NCBI GenBank assembly: GCA_030704615.1
Contig: CM060734.1
Coordinates: 930,001-994,000 of the forward strand
DNA length: 64,000 nucleotides
Origin: Takakia lepidozioides
Taxonomy: Eukaryota > Plantae > Bryophyta
Direction: 5' to 3'
Numbering within the stretch: position 1 is the stretch's first letter; each line of letters opens with the position of its first letter. Of this stretch, positions 1-12,759 are shown piece after piece. The notes beneath the pieces are model-generated. The model searched no databases and was not told where the DNA came from. It saw nothing but the letters and a program-made list of their open reading frames with translations. Made by a program: the position numbers and the translations under genes.

Positions 1-579
1 AGGCTGCTTTTTTGGCGTCTCAGCCCAGTTTGGATAGGGAGGCGATCCATTGGGGGAGAGAGGCAGGGTCACATGGCGGGGGCATAAGTGAGTGGCACAC
101 AGTTAAGGTACTTAAGCTGGTTATGCGACGATCGGATCTCCAGTCGCTCTGTGGGAGGGACGAGGCGGAGAGTATGATAGCTAGAGCTCGGCGGATGGTG
201 TGATAGATATTAAGGTGGGCAGTCCATTCCCGTTTTTGTGTTCTGGTGAGGTAGCCACCGTTTTGCTTTGAGCGGGTGGTCTGGGGAAGGTCTGGGGGGG
301 CCGAGCATGTGGCAAGAACACTCGTAGTCAGTTCTAGTAACGTGGAGGTGAATATGCCCTCAGCTTGAGCCCAAGCAGTCTCAGGGAATAGGCGTACGTT
401 GGTATCGGAGAGTACGGGGGTAATTTTGTGTATGAAGATGGAGGAGGCTGAGTGGAAATGATATTGGAACGCCTTTATGTTGCTGTGGGGAATAGGGGAT
501 AGAATTTGGGGTTGAGGAGGTGGGGGTGTGCATGTCCGGGATGGGCCAGAATGGGACAAGAGAAGGGGGGAGGGAGATA

Positions 580-1345
580 GATACCGGGTAGTGATCCGAG
601 TTGCAGAGGCTATTAATATGGACATGGCTCTGGAGGTAAGTTGGGATGTCATTACAGGTTCTGAGATAGAAGCCATCAAGTAGGCTTAATGAGGAGTAGT
701 GGAGACCGCCTTGTCTATAGTCGGCGGGAATGTATTTAAGTGTAAGGAGTTGGGTGAATGCAGCCCATTCGTGGTCCATCGAGGACGGGGCTTGTGGGTT
801 CCGTTGTATGAGTGACCAGACAGTGCAATATCTCTGTTGAAGTCACCGGCGAGTATGACATGGTGTTGCTGATAATCGGGATGGGTGACTGTGCCGGAGA
901 TGGTGTGTAGAATGTCCAGTATAAGGGGGAGATCATCAGTATGAGAGGGCATATATAGGTGTATAAGGGTAATGGGGCATAAGGCTGGTGGGTGTAGTTG
1001 AACTATTTGGAGATATGAGCGGATGGGGATGGGGACGGTTATCTTGGTGGTAGTGTTGGGGGAGTAGTGAGAGCGAAGGATCCCTAGTGCTACGCCTCCC
1101 CGGGTGGGCTTGTATGGGGCGGATCAACGCAGGAGGCATTGAGGTGCTGTGTAGGGGTTGCCATATAGTAGGTGATAGTCCGGTAGGAGTTTATTAATAT
1201 AAGAGCTGCTGGTGTTGGTGGTGTGTAGCTTAGTTTCTTGTAGAAGGAAGATGTGTGGTTGTGAAGTGCTAGAGAAGAGGTGAAGCAGGCTTTGTATACT
1301 CGTAGCCAGGGAGCCCACATTCCATGAGGTGATAGTAAGTGTATT
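580..1345 (-). pseudogene. APE-like endonuclease domain of the LINE, frameshifted
   Basis: WNV / LQET / GDFN / SDH motifs are split over ORFs 1124-1570, 686-952 and 381-779. Confidence 0.85.
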
Positions 1346-2085
1346 GTGGCAGGCCTCGGGGGGCCCGGTCGGGTGGGATGGGACTGGGGGGCCGACAAGG
1401 GCTCCGCGACATGAGTTCTGGTAGGTGGGGGGTCGTAGTCTGGTAATGGCATTGAGTGTGGCGTCTAGGATATCGGCAGAAAGGAAGGGAAATTTGTTAA
1501 TGATGTTTTGTTGGTCATGATCTGGTGTGGTAACCGTTACTAGGTAGTCCCCCAAAATATTGTGGACCACCTTGGTTTGTGAATCTAAGAGTTTGAGGGA
1601 GCGGTGGATCTCGGTTAAACGTGAGGAGGGTCCACATACTGGTGAGAGAGCGGAGGTAGCCCTTTTAGTTGACGTAAAGCCATCACCAAATGGCTTGCGT
1701 GACCTGGATGATATGACAAAGGCAGTGTGGCCATATATATCAGAGATGGCTAGAGGATTGAGTGTGACTGGAAATATCCATTACAAGTTTCGGGAAGAGG
1801 GGAGATAGTGACGATTAGCGAAAAAAAGAGCTGGCATGTGGTAAACGTCTTAAGTTTATGGAGGGCCTTAGTGAGAGCTGGGTATAAGTTGGGGGGTAGC
1901 CCGAAAGTTTCGATGTGGTGCGTGGGTACGTGTGTCGGGTTTGGTTGGTTAGGGAAGTAAGGTATGAAGTGGTCAAGAATGTGTCGGTAGCTATGTGAGA
2001 GTGAGGTGGTGTTAGGCTGGAAGTATAGAGCATATCTGTCTTGTGCGTCTATGGGTAGTTTCTGGATAATTTCATTAATAGAGGA

Positions 2086-2137
2086 CGGTCCTGGATTGGG
2101 GTGGATATCACCACATCTCAACAGTATTAATGCAAGG
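2086..2137 (-). other. 2A-like (StopGo) peptide LALILLRCGDIHPNPGP upstream of the APE domain
   Basis: Matches the hydrophobic-GD(V/I)xxNPGP 2A-like pattern known from APE-type LINEs; H replaces the consensus E. Confidence 0.7.
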
Positions 2138-4356
2138 CATGTGTTGATGTATGTGTTATTATGGGTAGGGGGCTGATAGTAGAAATGTTTAGATTTTGTG
2201 ACAGGGAGATTATATCGTCCATACAGGCCATGGGTAAGAAGGTTAGATTGGTAAAGAGTGGGATAGGATAATGGATGACTAAAGAAGGATGAATATGGGT
2301 ACCAGATGTGGTACGGGATGGTGGAGCTGGTGGCTGTTGAGTGAGGGAAAAAGAAATATCGGGAAGTGGTTGGGTGAGAAGGTTTTTGTGATTGCCCTAG
2401 TGGCCATGTCATGGTGCTCGGATGCAGGTTGAGATTTGAATAGAATAACCGTGTGGGGGGCTTGGGTCCAAATATATATATAATAAATATGTGATATGGT
2501 AAAGGTGCTGATGAGATGGGTTGCAATTATTTATATGGGCTGGATGAATTAAAGTCATCCATGTTCGCGTGGCGCTTGTGGGAGCCTGGGAAGTTTGGAT
2601 GTGGTTTTGAACGAGTAGTACCGGATAGGTGTACCTAGTGGGTTGAAAGTAGGGGGCATGAGAGCCGTTACTTGCCCGCGGGCCGGGATGCTGCATTATG
2701 AGAGAGTGGGATGGGGTGCTTGGGTGGAAATTATGTTTGCGTTGAAAGGCATGTTTGTACCGGGTGGCAGGACAGATGTCATTAGATAAGAAGCAGGGCG
2801 GCCAAGCGGCATGGGCTGGTAGGTCGAGCGGGCGAGACTCATGACGTGGATAAGACGGGAGCCGCGAGGTGGAGTGCGGGGCAGGACGAAATGATGGTAG
2901 TGAGTGAGAAGGTTGTGATGGCTCGGGAGGGGAGAGCTGGAGGTCCTAAGTGTTGGGGAGAGGTAGGCGGAGAGAGCAGCTGCGATGGTAGTGAGGATGA
3001 GGAGAGAGGAGTGTGGTCAGGAGGAAAGCGAGAGGGTCAGAAGAGAGAGCTGAGCGTGGATTTTGAGAGTGTAGAGGGATGAGAGGGCATATTGGGTAGA
3101 GAGAGCACAAAACGTCGTCAACCGCTTGTGAATATTGCGAGTACAAGAGGGCCGCAGCCAACATGAAGAAGAGACGTCCTCAGAAGGACAAACATGAAAA
3201 TGATATAGAGACTGCATTGGAGTAGCGCATGAGACCTACGGGCCCTGCTATGGCCATGGGTATACGCTTGTTGTTCTCACATTGGCATTTTTGGTGATCA
3301 TGATGTTGTTGTCCCCGTTTGTAGTGGCGGGTGTGCATTGGGGCTCTGGCAACCCCTGTTGTCTGACCGCTGGAGCAGGCTGAGCACCCAACAAGCCAGC
3401 CGTGCCTAACTTGTGTGGTCCGTTGTGTTGCAGCTCGAGAAGGGCCATTGGCCTATAGCCCCCATTCCGGCTGGCGGGCAGAGTGCTGGATTCGCCGTGT
3501 CTTGTAGAGCTGGTGATCTTACTTGGCGGGAGCGGTAGCTTGTCAAGTACCATGTTGGCATGAGTGTAGAAATTGGCCAAGTTGGCCCCCAAGTTTTTGG
3601 TGATGGAGTCTTGTAGTGACACTAGATATGAGTGGTTCTCCTCCTGTTGTGCAGCCATGGTGATAGCGACCTTGGATTCCATAGCTGCAAGTGTTAACCG
3701 CTAGTTTATGACTTAGACAAAACAGGCTCTCATCACTACTGCCCATTTCCCAAGACATGCAACAGAGGTTGTCCGACGGTATGCCTTTGGAAACAATTAC
3801 AGAGTAATCGCTTAAGGCATCTCACGTTTTGTCATAATGCATGTTCTTTCCATCTCACAATCACTCTACATAGAGATGCTTTGAATAGCATGGCTTTACT
3901 TCAGAGTCATCACGTCATAGCACAAGTACACATTAAATCACTATGATTCTACACTGATACACTCATACATCCTAAGTTGCGTGCAGTCCTTTTATACTAT
4001 GCTTGAAAGAGCCGTTTACAGCCTACGGTCGTTAATGACCGTTGCCTAACTACCTACGCAACCTAAAAAGTTTGCCAAAAAGTGGCCCGTGGTCCGTGGT
4101 CGTGGTCGTGACTCGTGGTCATGTGCCTATCGTGGTACACGGCTCACGGCCTCTCACTAACCCTACTAGTAAAGCCTATGCTACCGTGGCCGTGTGACAT
4201 CGTGGTTCACGGCCCACGGCTGCTACACTACCCACTACTGCTCCTCATGGTAGTGTTCCCGTGCTTCGCTGCTGCTAAGTGCCGAGCACTTAGCCTTTTC
4301 TGCCTCGTGGCCGGTAGTGTGAAGTAAATCACTACTCGCCATGTACCTTTGTGGCT

Positions 4357-6400
4357 TCAGCTGCCGTGCCCACTCCCTTCATTCAACCATGCTCGTGCCA
4401 AGGCTGCATCTGCTTCATCCAACCCTGCTTGAAGTGTCAGCTTCTCCAGCTGCTGCTTCCATTCTTGTTCATTGTTTATGGCAATTTCTCTCTCCGTGGT
4501 GGCTGTGAATAGCCTACTTTCAACATTTTCCCTTTCCCTCAGAAGTACAGTGTTGCATGATAGCAACTTGTTTCCATGGTCTTTAGCAGCTTGCAGCTGC
4601 CCCTTGAGTGCCTCCACCTCTGCCTATGTGTTTCGAGATCGTTCTCTTTCTGCATCAAGGTCGGCTTGGACATGTTGTGTTTCGTCCCTCTACCTTTGCC
4701 ACTTCTGTTTCCACTCGTCTCAGCATTCTATCAAGGTGTTGTACTGGCAAAGCATAGTAGTCTGTTGATCCTCCAATACTGCAATTGTAACCTTGTGGTT
4801 ACGTACAATTCATGTTGCTGCCAGTTCCTTCTAGTGTTTTTCTTTGAGGTGGTCCATGATCATGGTAAGGTTCTCCGGACTTATGTAGTCATTGGCTCTG
4901 TCCATGTAGGCTGTCACTTGGCCCAACGCTTGTACTGCCTGCAGAATTGCATTTGGTGGTGCTTCCTCCAAACCTGTGTCCCATGCTGTTGTATCCAGGA
5001 CCTGTTCTGAGAGTAATAATTCCAAGTTGGAATTATTATCTTGCTGGGAAACTTGCTGCTGGCCTTGTGTCACCTGTAGTGCTTGTTGTGGCTGTGCAAC
5101 TAGGGCTTGTACCTCGTTTGCTTGTTGTGCAAGCTCTGCGGTTGCTGCTGGCTATACCTCCGTATTAGCAGGTGTAGTGTCCATCGGGGCTGCTTCATGG
5201 GTCTGCTACTGGCTTCATTTACCTTGGGGTACCGAGTTCCCTTGGTGTTGATCCTCTCCATCTCTCTGCAGTGTAGAAAAAAAGGTGGACGCGTTGCCGA
5301 ATCAAGCGTAACTTATGGTGTTACTTGACCCAGAAGGGCTACTGCCTTCCGGTAGGAAGGTGGACACCTTTGTAACAACCAACAGGGTAGTTTGAACCCA
5401 CAACCACTCGTAAGAGTCGTAAGAGGGTATATGCTCTTACCACTGGGCTACATGTTGGTTGTTGCAGTGTAGAATCTGCTGTGGAGATAAGCAATTGTTC
5501 TGCCATGGCGCTCGTCGCCCCTTCGTCTAATTGGGCCCTCTTTGCAAATCCGCCCTCCACCTGCAATGGTTGTTCTTCTTCCTGATGCTCTGGGCTGTCT
5601 CGCTTCCATCTTCTTCCAACGTTTCTGCTCACTGTATGATTCCCAGAGTGTTCTGCTCTTCTGGTGTCAAGTGCACTGTGTGTCGAATCATTTGGAGCAA
5701 CAGGGAAGTCACCATAGTCATTGTTGGTTCCTTCTTCTTCTTTGTCAGCTTGGTTAATTCTTGGGTCAACTTCTTCAACAAGAAGCTTGCCCAATTCACG
5801 ATTTGCCCGTTGAGGCAAATCAACACCTGGTCTATTAGCTCCTTGGTGCAATAGCTATGGTTTTGCCTGAGGCAAAGCAACGTGCTAAGCACCAGGGCTA
5901 TCTTCTTAAAAACCGGGGTTTTTGCCGTGACTGCATGTGTAGCCCTGGTCGGCTTGGTTGAGATTCTTGAACACGTCCGCAATTACAAACCTTGGTGGTT
6001 TTCTGCTGTGTGCTGGGACGTCCTGACTGGGAAGATGAAACACTTCCGCCAAGTACTTCTTCGTCAATAGAATATGTGTGTCGTTTGTGCTTCGAGCGCT
6101 GGTGTTATAGTTCTCCAAGAACTCCTTGCACATATCGTTGTGCTTAAGGTTTCAGTCCAAAGTGTTGATGAAGTACCGCAGGCCAAGACTGTCCAACGTC
6201 TCATGTGTCTCTGAGTCTTGCTCGATCTTCCTCAACGCCGGGCTGATTTTGAAATTCAACTGCCTATAATGACCTGGTGTCTTCCGCTTGGTGCCTGCCA
6301 TTTCCCTTAGTTTTGCTGTTGCTGTAAGGAATTGGAGCACCAATTCCTGTATCAAGAGCAGTAGGAAGCACACTGGAATTTGTGTAGACAACAATTTTCA
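4357..6400 (-). pseudogene. Degenerate retroelement accessory ORF(s) with C-terminal coiled coil
   Basis: Segment VLICLNGQIVNWASFLLKKLTQEL resembles ILKALRGEDVAWAELMYNGLVEEM in the gypsy accessory ORF at 16128-17441. Both are followed by a low-complexity linker and a coiled coil. Interrupted by stops. Confidence 0.45.
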
Positions 6401-7789
6401 GTTTGCGGAAGAGGAAGTGTGGGACTCGTTTCTGGGTTTAAGTAGGGGTTTTGCCTTTTGGGCTTCCATTCTTGCTTCTCTCGAAGTTCTCATGGAGGTA
6501 ATTCTGTCGTGCTGTCCTCCTAGGTTTAAAGCGCAGTTAGCTTTAATTGTTGGGCCCGTACTTACCAAGAAGCACTTGGCTTTTGGTAACGGTTTTGGAT
6601 AGATCTCATCCTTTTTCTGGACTAGACCACGATGTCTTTCACATACTAGGTAACTCTTGCACTTCTTCAAACTCATAGCTGAATACCGTGGGCTATGCAC
6701 GAGCCCTTCCATAACAACCTGAGAACGAAATCGCTGGTCATTTCCCCGCAAAACAGGGTAGAGAACCCAAAAGTATGCAGAGAGTTCCAGGTTATTTCCC
6801 GGTTATCCTGCAGACGTGACGCCATCACTTGCAAGCGCCTTGGGCTCCGCATTGCAAAGCTGGCTGCCGATTTCAGCTGCACAGAGCCCGTGAAATTCCT
6901 GTATGATGTGAGGCCGCCCGCCTGTTCAGTGCAAGGAGAAGACAAGGTCATGATTCTGAAGTCTCCCTGCCCACATAGGAGAACGCCAGTGCACCCTACC
7001 ATTCCTTTGCCTGTGAGAGAGCGGACACGGAGCGGGAAGCAAGAAGAGCAAGGTCTGATGTCTGATCCTCTTTCATATCCTTTTTCCATCTCAGCTTCAT
7101 TTGTCTTCACGAGCACAGAGCATGCAGTTTCCAAAGGAGTCCCAAAGGACCCTGCGCGAAGTCCACAAAAGGGTTTCCAACGGGTCAATCTGACGCTCTT
7201 CACAACTTTGAGGGGTTTCTAGATTTCTACTGTGGACGGCGACAGCGATGGCGACTTGCAGTTGCTTTGGATTGCTGCTCTTCTTGGCTTCTCCTATCAA
7301 TACAAATCCAGTGGATTTTGTTGCTCAAATCATTTTCTTTTCGTCTTCCAGATTGAAAGGCCTTCGAATTAATCCTCGTCAGTCCTTTGGATAGATGCAT
7401 TCGGAAGGGAGTGTACTCCACAGGTGCTCATCGAACCTCACATTCTTAAGCACACAAGAGCATTTAGTAGTATGTCAGTATTGCTTTCCCCCCCTTTTTT
7501 GGGAACTTCTCATCTTCTGTACATTCGCCCATTGTACATGTTGTAAATAAAATCTTACAGGGTTTCATCCATTTAAGTAGTATATCAGTATTGCTTGACT
7601 CCCAAACGGTTTTAATTTTTCAAGTTCCTGAGGACAGTGCCTTCTTGCTGCAAACTGGGTACTTTGTTTTTTTGAGGAGGTCCTCAAGGATGGGATGATG
7701 GGGCACGATGAGACATTGTCACTGACAGAGGAGGCAGTGGTCACTGCTCAAGAGGTTTCAGCATAGCAACCACGGGACGCGTCTTCTAC

Positions 7790-10262
7790 CTCTAAGCCTG
7801 CTGGACTCAAGGTTGCAGTCACGGAGGACAACTGGGAGCCTGATGTTGGACCTATAGTCACCGGAGGAGAGAGACGACGTATACGGCGGTTCTTGAGGGC
7901 TTACAGGAACTGCTTTGCCTTCAGTTTGAAGGACTTATGAGCACTGAAGGGTCAAGATATTCGCATTGAATTGGCTACTGACACGCCAATCTTTCGGAGA
8001 CCCTATAGATACAGTGACATGGAGAGGTCCTTGATTCAGATGAGAACTCAGGACCTTTGGGAGGCTGGTTTGGTGGAGCTATCTGGGGGAGAGTATGCTT
8101 CAGCCACAGTGATGCCAGCCAAGAAGGATGTCTTTGGCAATTGGATGGAGAGACGTATGTGCGGTGATTACCGGCCTGTAAATCGTCAGACCAAGTCCAA
8201 TAGGTATGCCATGCCAACACCAGAGGAGATCTTTGATGCCATTGGGCATGCCAAGGTCTTTAGCACGTTGGATTTACGATGTTGCTGATCAAGGAGGCGG
8301 ATAAGCAAAAGACGACATTCTGGGGGATCAATGAGCACGGGAAGGATTGCCTATACCAGTGGCGGTTCTTACCATTTGGGCTATAGCTCATATGAGGGAG
8401 AATGCTTAGCTGCAGTGTGGGCCGTGGCACACTTCAGGTGCTATCTATACGGCAATCTCTTCACCCTTGTCACGGATCACCAACCACTCAAGTGGTTGAT
8501 GGAGTCAGACAAGCTTACGGGGAAGCTTGCACGGTGGGCACTCATACTTCAAGAGTATGACTTTCAGGTGGTGCATCGACCGGGTTTGGTCAATTGCAAT
8601 GCAGATGGGTTGAGTCGCAATCCATGCACGAGCCAGCAGGATGACACTGGAGCTCGGTGGCATGGTGAGACGGACGAGGAGATGGTGCCCGGATGGCATG
8701 CATCTGCATTTCTGTGTATCTTGGCAGCGGAAGGCCAGGTTGGACCTGCAACAGGGATGACTGTAGATCAAGTGTCTGAGGACCCTGAGGCCAGCAATGA
8801 GCAAGGTGGCGCCAAAGATATACATGAGGATTCAATTGTGTTGGACTACCTCCGCACTAGAGACACTACAGCCACTGTGACTGCCAAGGAGAGGGATCGG
8901 ATCCTACAACGAGCCAAGAGGTTCAAGTGGGAGGGGACACACCTGCTCCGAGTGTGGGAGGATGGTCGAGTGAGGATTGTGCCTCACCCAACACAGCGGG
9001 CACGGTTAGTGCGGCATGCCCATGAGGAGTTCGGGCATTTTGGGGTGCGACACACTCATAGTCTACTGCAAGGGCAGTATTGGTGGCGTGGTATGCACAC
9101 AGAGGTGCAACAATTTGTGGCTAGGTGCATGGTGTGTGACAGGGTGCGTGCTTCATTCAACGCCCCTACTCCACAATTGTACCCTCTTCCGATCATGGGA
9201 TTGGGCTACAGGTGGAGTCTTGACTTCGCAGGGCCGTTGCCACTGACCATGCGCCACAACAAGTACGTGTTGGTGATGGTGGAGCACTTCTCCAAGTGGA
9301 TTGAATTGGTTCCATTGCCTGATAAGGCTAGTGAGGGAGCTGCGTATGCATTCTTGGATTGTGTGCTTAGCCAATTCGGTGCTCCAGCTGAGGTACTCAC
9401 GGACCAAGGGAGAGAGTTCTTGGGGGAGTTTCAGGCTTTGTGTGACAAGGCCTTGATAGACCACCGCACCACTTCTCGGGATCATCCTGAGGCCGATGGC
9501 TTGGCAGAGAGAGTTGTTCAGACAGTAAAGAGGGGTTTGCGCAAATATGGCTTGCAGAAGGGACACCTAGGAGATTGGGACCTTCAGTTACCCTGGTTAG
9601 CCATGGGCTACAGATTCAGCAAGCAAGCATCACTTGCCTCCTTCTCACCATACTTTCTTCTCTTTGGCCGAGAGCCGGATTTGCCTACATCCATTCGCAA
9701 AGAAGCTGCTACAGTTCTTAACCTTGACGATCCGGACGTGTGAGCACGTGCATGTGAGAAGCGTGCAGAGTTGTTCAAGAAAGTCATGCCCATGGCTTTC
9801 GAGAACCTTGCCATTGCACAACATTGTGATACGTTGAGGTATGCTACCATACGTGGTGGGGGCTATCGTCCTGGGGTTCGGAGATTCAACCTTGGTGACT
9901 ATGTTTATCTGCAGTAAACTGTTCCTGCGACCTTGGATGTGACTGCAGGACGTACTATTTTGAGGGTTCGAGAGGTGTTGCCCTCAGGAGTCCTGATCTT
10001 GGAGGGTCGGGATGGCATGATTTGGAAGGACCATGTGCGTAATTGCGCACCATGTCACCTTCCAAATGTTGATGGAAGGGTTGACCCAAACCTGGCAGTG
10101 GTACCTGCAAGTTTGAGGTGCATGTTGTGTGGGTCTGCTAGAGGGGCAGCCACCATGCTGGTGTGTGATCAATGCTCTAGAGGTTGGCATATGGGATGCT
10201 TGACTCCACCTCTTGAGATGGTTCCTGATGGGGATTGGTTATGTCCGCATTGCATTGGATAG
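7790..10262 (+). pseudogene. pol remnant: partial RT, RNase H, integrase (HHCC, DDE), PHD finger
   Basis: RMCGDYRPVN, FSTLDLR, LVTDHQPLKWL, H-x4-H..CxxC, WSLDFAGP, LTDQGREF; contains stops and deletions. Confidence 0.9.
10119..10253 (+). other. PHD finger (C4HC3) at the integrase C-terminus
   Basis: CMLC..MLVCDQC..WHMGCLTPPL..VPDGDWLCPHC. Confidence 0.9.
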
Positions 10263-10519
10263 TGGGAGTGGATACAACCATGGAAGGCTAACAAGAAATG
10301 CAAGGCCAAGCTACTAGGAGACCAACACACGAGATCCTGACTCAAGTTCACAGATTGCAAGACGGCAACTAACGATGGGGTTGCTCTTGTACCCGACCTC
10401 TTGGTCTATAGAGTTTGAGTACAATTGGGACAGTGATAGAGGACTTAGTACGGCTGTGGCTATTACATCTTATAGCTATCTAGAGTTAGAGGGACCTAAC
10501 CACCAGCTAGGGGGGCGAT

Positions 10520-10604
10520 TGTGGTATAGCTTTCTAGGATTGTGTGCTTAGATTGTGTGGTGGACAACGATGTATGTTGTGGCACGATGCTTAGGTGCAC
10601 GACA
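10520..10604 (+). repeat. 85-bp TG..CA terminal repeat (LTR or LTR sub-repeat), copy 1, directly after PPT AGGGGGGCGA
   Basis: TGTGGTATAG...GCACGACA; near-identical copy at 11029-11113. Confidence 0.8.
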
Positions 10605-11028
10605 ACTATCATGGTTTTAGTCATGGTTATCTAGAATTACCTACTTCTAGTTAACTAGGACATTTTAGATATTTATATTTATATTTTGTGTGTTGGGACT
10701 TCATTTGGTCTCACATGCCAAGTGAGGTGTCGAGCCTCACTTGAGACATGGAGATAGGTTTTCCCCTTGTGAGTGTTGAGGAGGCTCATCTTCTTGTAGT
10801 TGAGCCTCCATGAGCTTCTCTCACCTCCATAGCTCTAGGTATTGAGAGGGAGTGTGTTGAGGGCTTTGTAGGGTGGATTCCTTTAGCAAAGGTGCCCTTG
10901 GCTTGACTTAGTTTATGTGATAGAGTGGATTTCACTTGGAAGGACTAGGGCTTGTTCTTCATGTGATTGCTTCATGCTTTGAGAGCTTTTATTGTCTTCT
11001 ACTTCTCTCATTTCTCATCTCTTATCAT

Positions 11029-11113
11029 TGTGGTATAGCTTTCTAGGATTGTGTGCTTAGATTGTGTGGTGGACAGCGCTGTATGTTGTGGCACGATGCT
11101 TAGGTGTACGACA
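11029..11113 (+). repeat. 85-bp TG..CA terminal repeat, copy 2
   Basis: Direct repeat of 10520-10604 with a few substitutions. Confidence 0.8.
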
Positions 11114-11827
11114 CAGTCGTACACACCCTATCATAGTCTATCACAGCCAGACACAGCCTTACACAGTCTATCACAGTCAATCACAACCTATCACAGTTAG
11201 TCACAGTCTATCACAGCTCGACACAGCTTCGCACAGCCAGTCACAGCCCGACACAGCACGACACAGCCTGACACAGCTTTACACAGCCAGTCACAGCTCG
11301 GCACAGTCACAGCCCATCACAGCTTGGCATAGCCCGTCACAGCGTACATAGGGAACAGTTATCATTGGTAGGGATCGACTGTGTGGGAACGACATCTGCA
11401 GAGGGAACGTGTTTACTTCTTAGGTGACAGTTAGTTAGTTAGGCAGTTAGAACAGCTTGCAGGTAGATTAAGGAGTGCAGTAACAGGGAGGGGACACACT
11501 TCACGGGGAACACTTCTTGGTCATGCATGAGAGGAGATCAGGCGGAGATCAAGAACGGGAGCAAGGATGGAGAGCACGGTGAAGGAGGAGAGATGATTAG
11601 TAGATGCTTGTTATATGCAAAGCTGTAGTGATACTGTAGAGCATATTAGAGACACAACGGCTTCGGCCTGATACCTGATAGATCTTAATCTGATACTTAT
11701 TCGATACAATCATGCTGTGTAGAGAGACATGAATGAAGCTGTGGAATGAATGGATGAGTGAATCGAACCTGGTAGATACTGAAGCAATCTGATGTTTCAG
11801 TATACACAGTAAGGTAATTTGCTAACA
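11114..11827 (+). repeat. 5' LTR of element B (start missing, abutted by element A); contains ~10-bp TCACAGCCAG-type tandem repeats
   Basis: Homologous to ~19031-19396. Ends in CTAACA, the inverse of the TGTTAG that starts the 3' LTR. Confidence 0.7.
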
Positions 11828-12759
11828 TGAAGGCAAGAAGAAATACAAATAGGAAGCACAACCATGATTCACTAGCTGTAGGTCATGACTGATTGTTCTG
11901 AGCGGGCTGAGTGCTTAGAGATATCCAACTCTATTATCTTGGAGTTTCCACCTCGGATAGCGAAGGGATGGATGAGTAAAAGTCGCTCGACATTTGGCGA
12001 CCATATTGGGGAACTGGGTCAAGAACAACCAGATGTGACAGTCATCTGGTGGGATCATGGTGGTTGGAGAATTAAAGAATTTGATGTGAATGAAATTCCC
12101 TGTGGAACGGAGAAAGGAAGGTTGTGCAAGCAATTCTTTTAGAGATTCTTGGAATTGCCAGACGGTTGCAAGGAAAACATTCTTAAAAGAGTGCATGATG
12201 CGGATCCTGAGTGGGGTCTGGAGAAAGGAGTGATAAAGATTTATCAAGTGGCCTGTAGAGGGAGAGCAAGTTGGTTGCGAACACTGGTTTATGTGATAGC
12301 ATTGCTATCCATTAAACGAGTGGAGTTTGAAGGCTGGGAGGAACGGAAAGTGAATGTTTACACTCATATGCATGAAGAGTTGGTACTGGTAAAGAATTGG
12401 ATTCCTAAGGATATCCTGTGGATCAAACTGACACCAAGAACAGCTTTTTAGACGTGCTTGCCATATGGTTATATGGTAACAGAGACTTCTAGTATAGCCA
12501 AGGGTGCATTGAAGCTTGAAAGAAACCCAGGCATATACGAGAGATACTACAAAAGAGTGTTTTGGTTATTGCCTCATTGAAGATATGAAAGACATGGGAC
12601 ATGGGTGATGAAAGAGAAGCTAGACTTCACAGATATTCAGCAAAAAGATAAAGTTATTTGAAAGCTAATTATCCATATCTCTGGGAGAGAGGAATAGACA
12701 TAGGAGAATCGTCTGGACCTCTCACACCATTAAGATCAAAGAGTACATCACCCATACTG

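Larger units (their letters stand above)
1..3200 (-). mobile_element. Degenerate APE-type non-LTR retrotransposon (LINE), 5' part; RT would lie left of the window
   Basis: Frameshifted minus-strand ORFs carry APE endonuclease motifs in order: ITSWNVGSL, IFLLQETKL, VILAGDFNRD, LLDGFY, NSDHYPV. The 5' boundary is approximate. Confidence 0.8.
7673..11113 (+). mobile_element. Ty3/gypsy element A: 5'-truncated, internally deleted member of the PHD/DNMT family (same family as 25873-37482)
   Basis: High nucleotide similarity to the reverse complement of ~25960-29440. It begins just after the DNMT region. RT jumps from LPFG to RNase H YSSYEGE at ~8381. Integrase, PHD, PPT and TG..CA terminal repeats follow. 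Confidence 0.9.
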
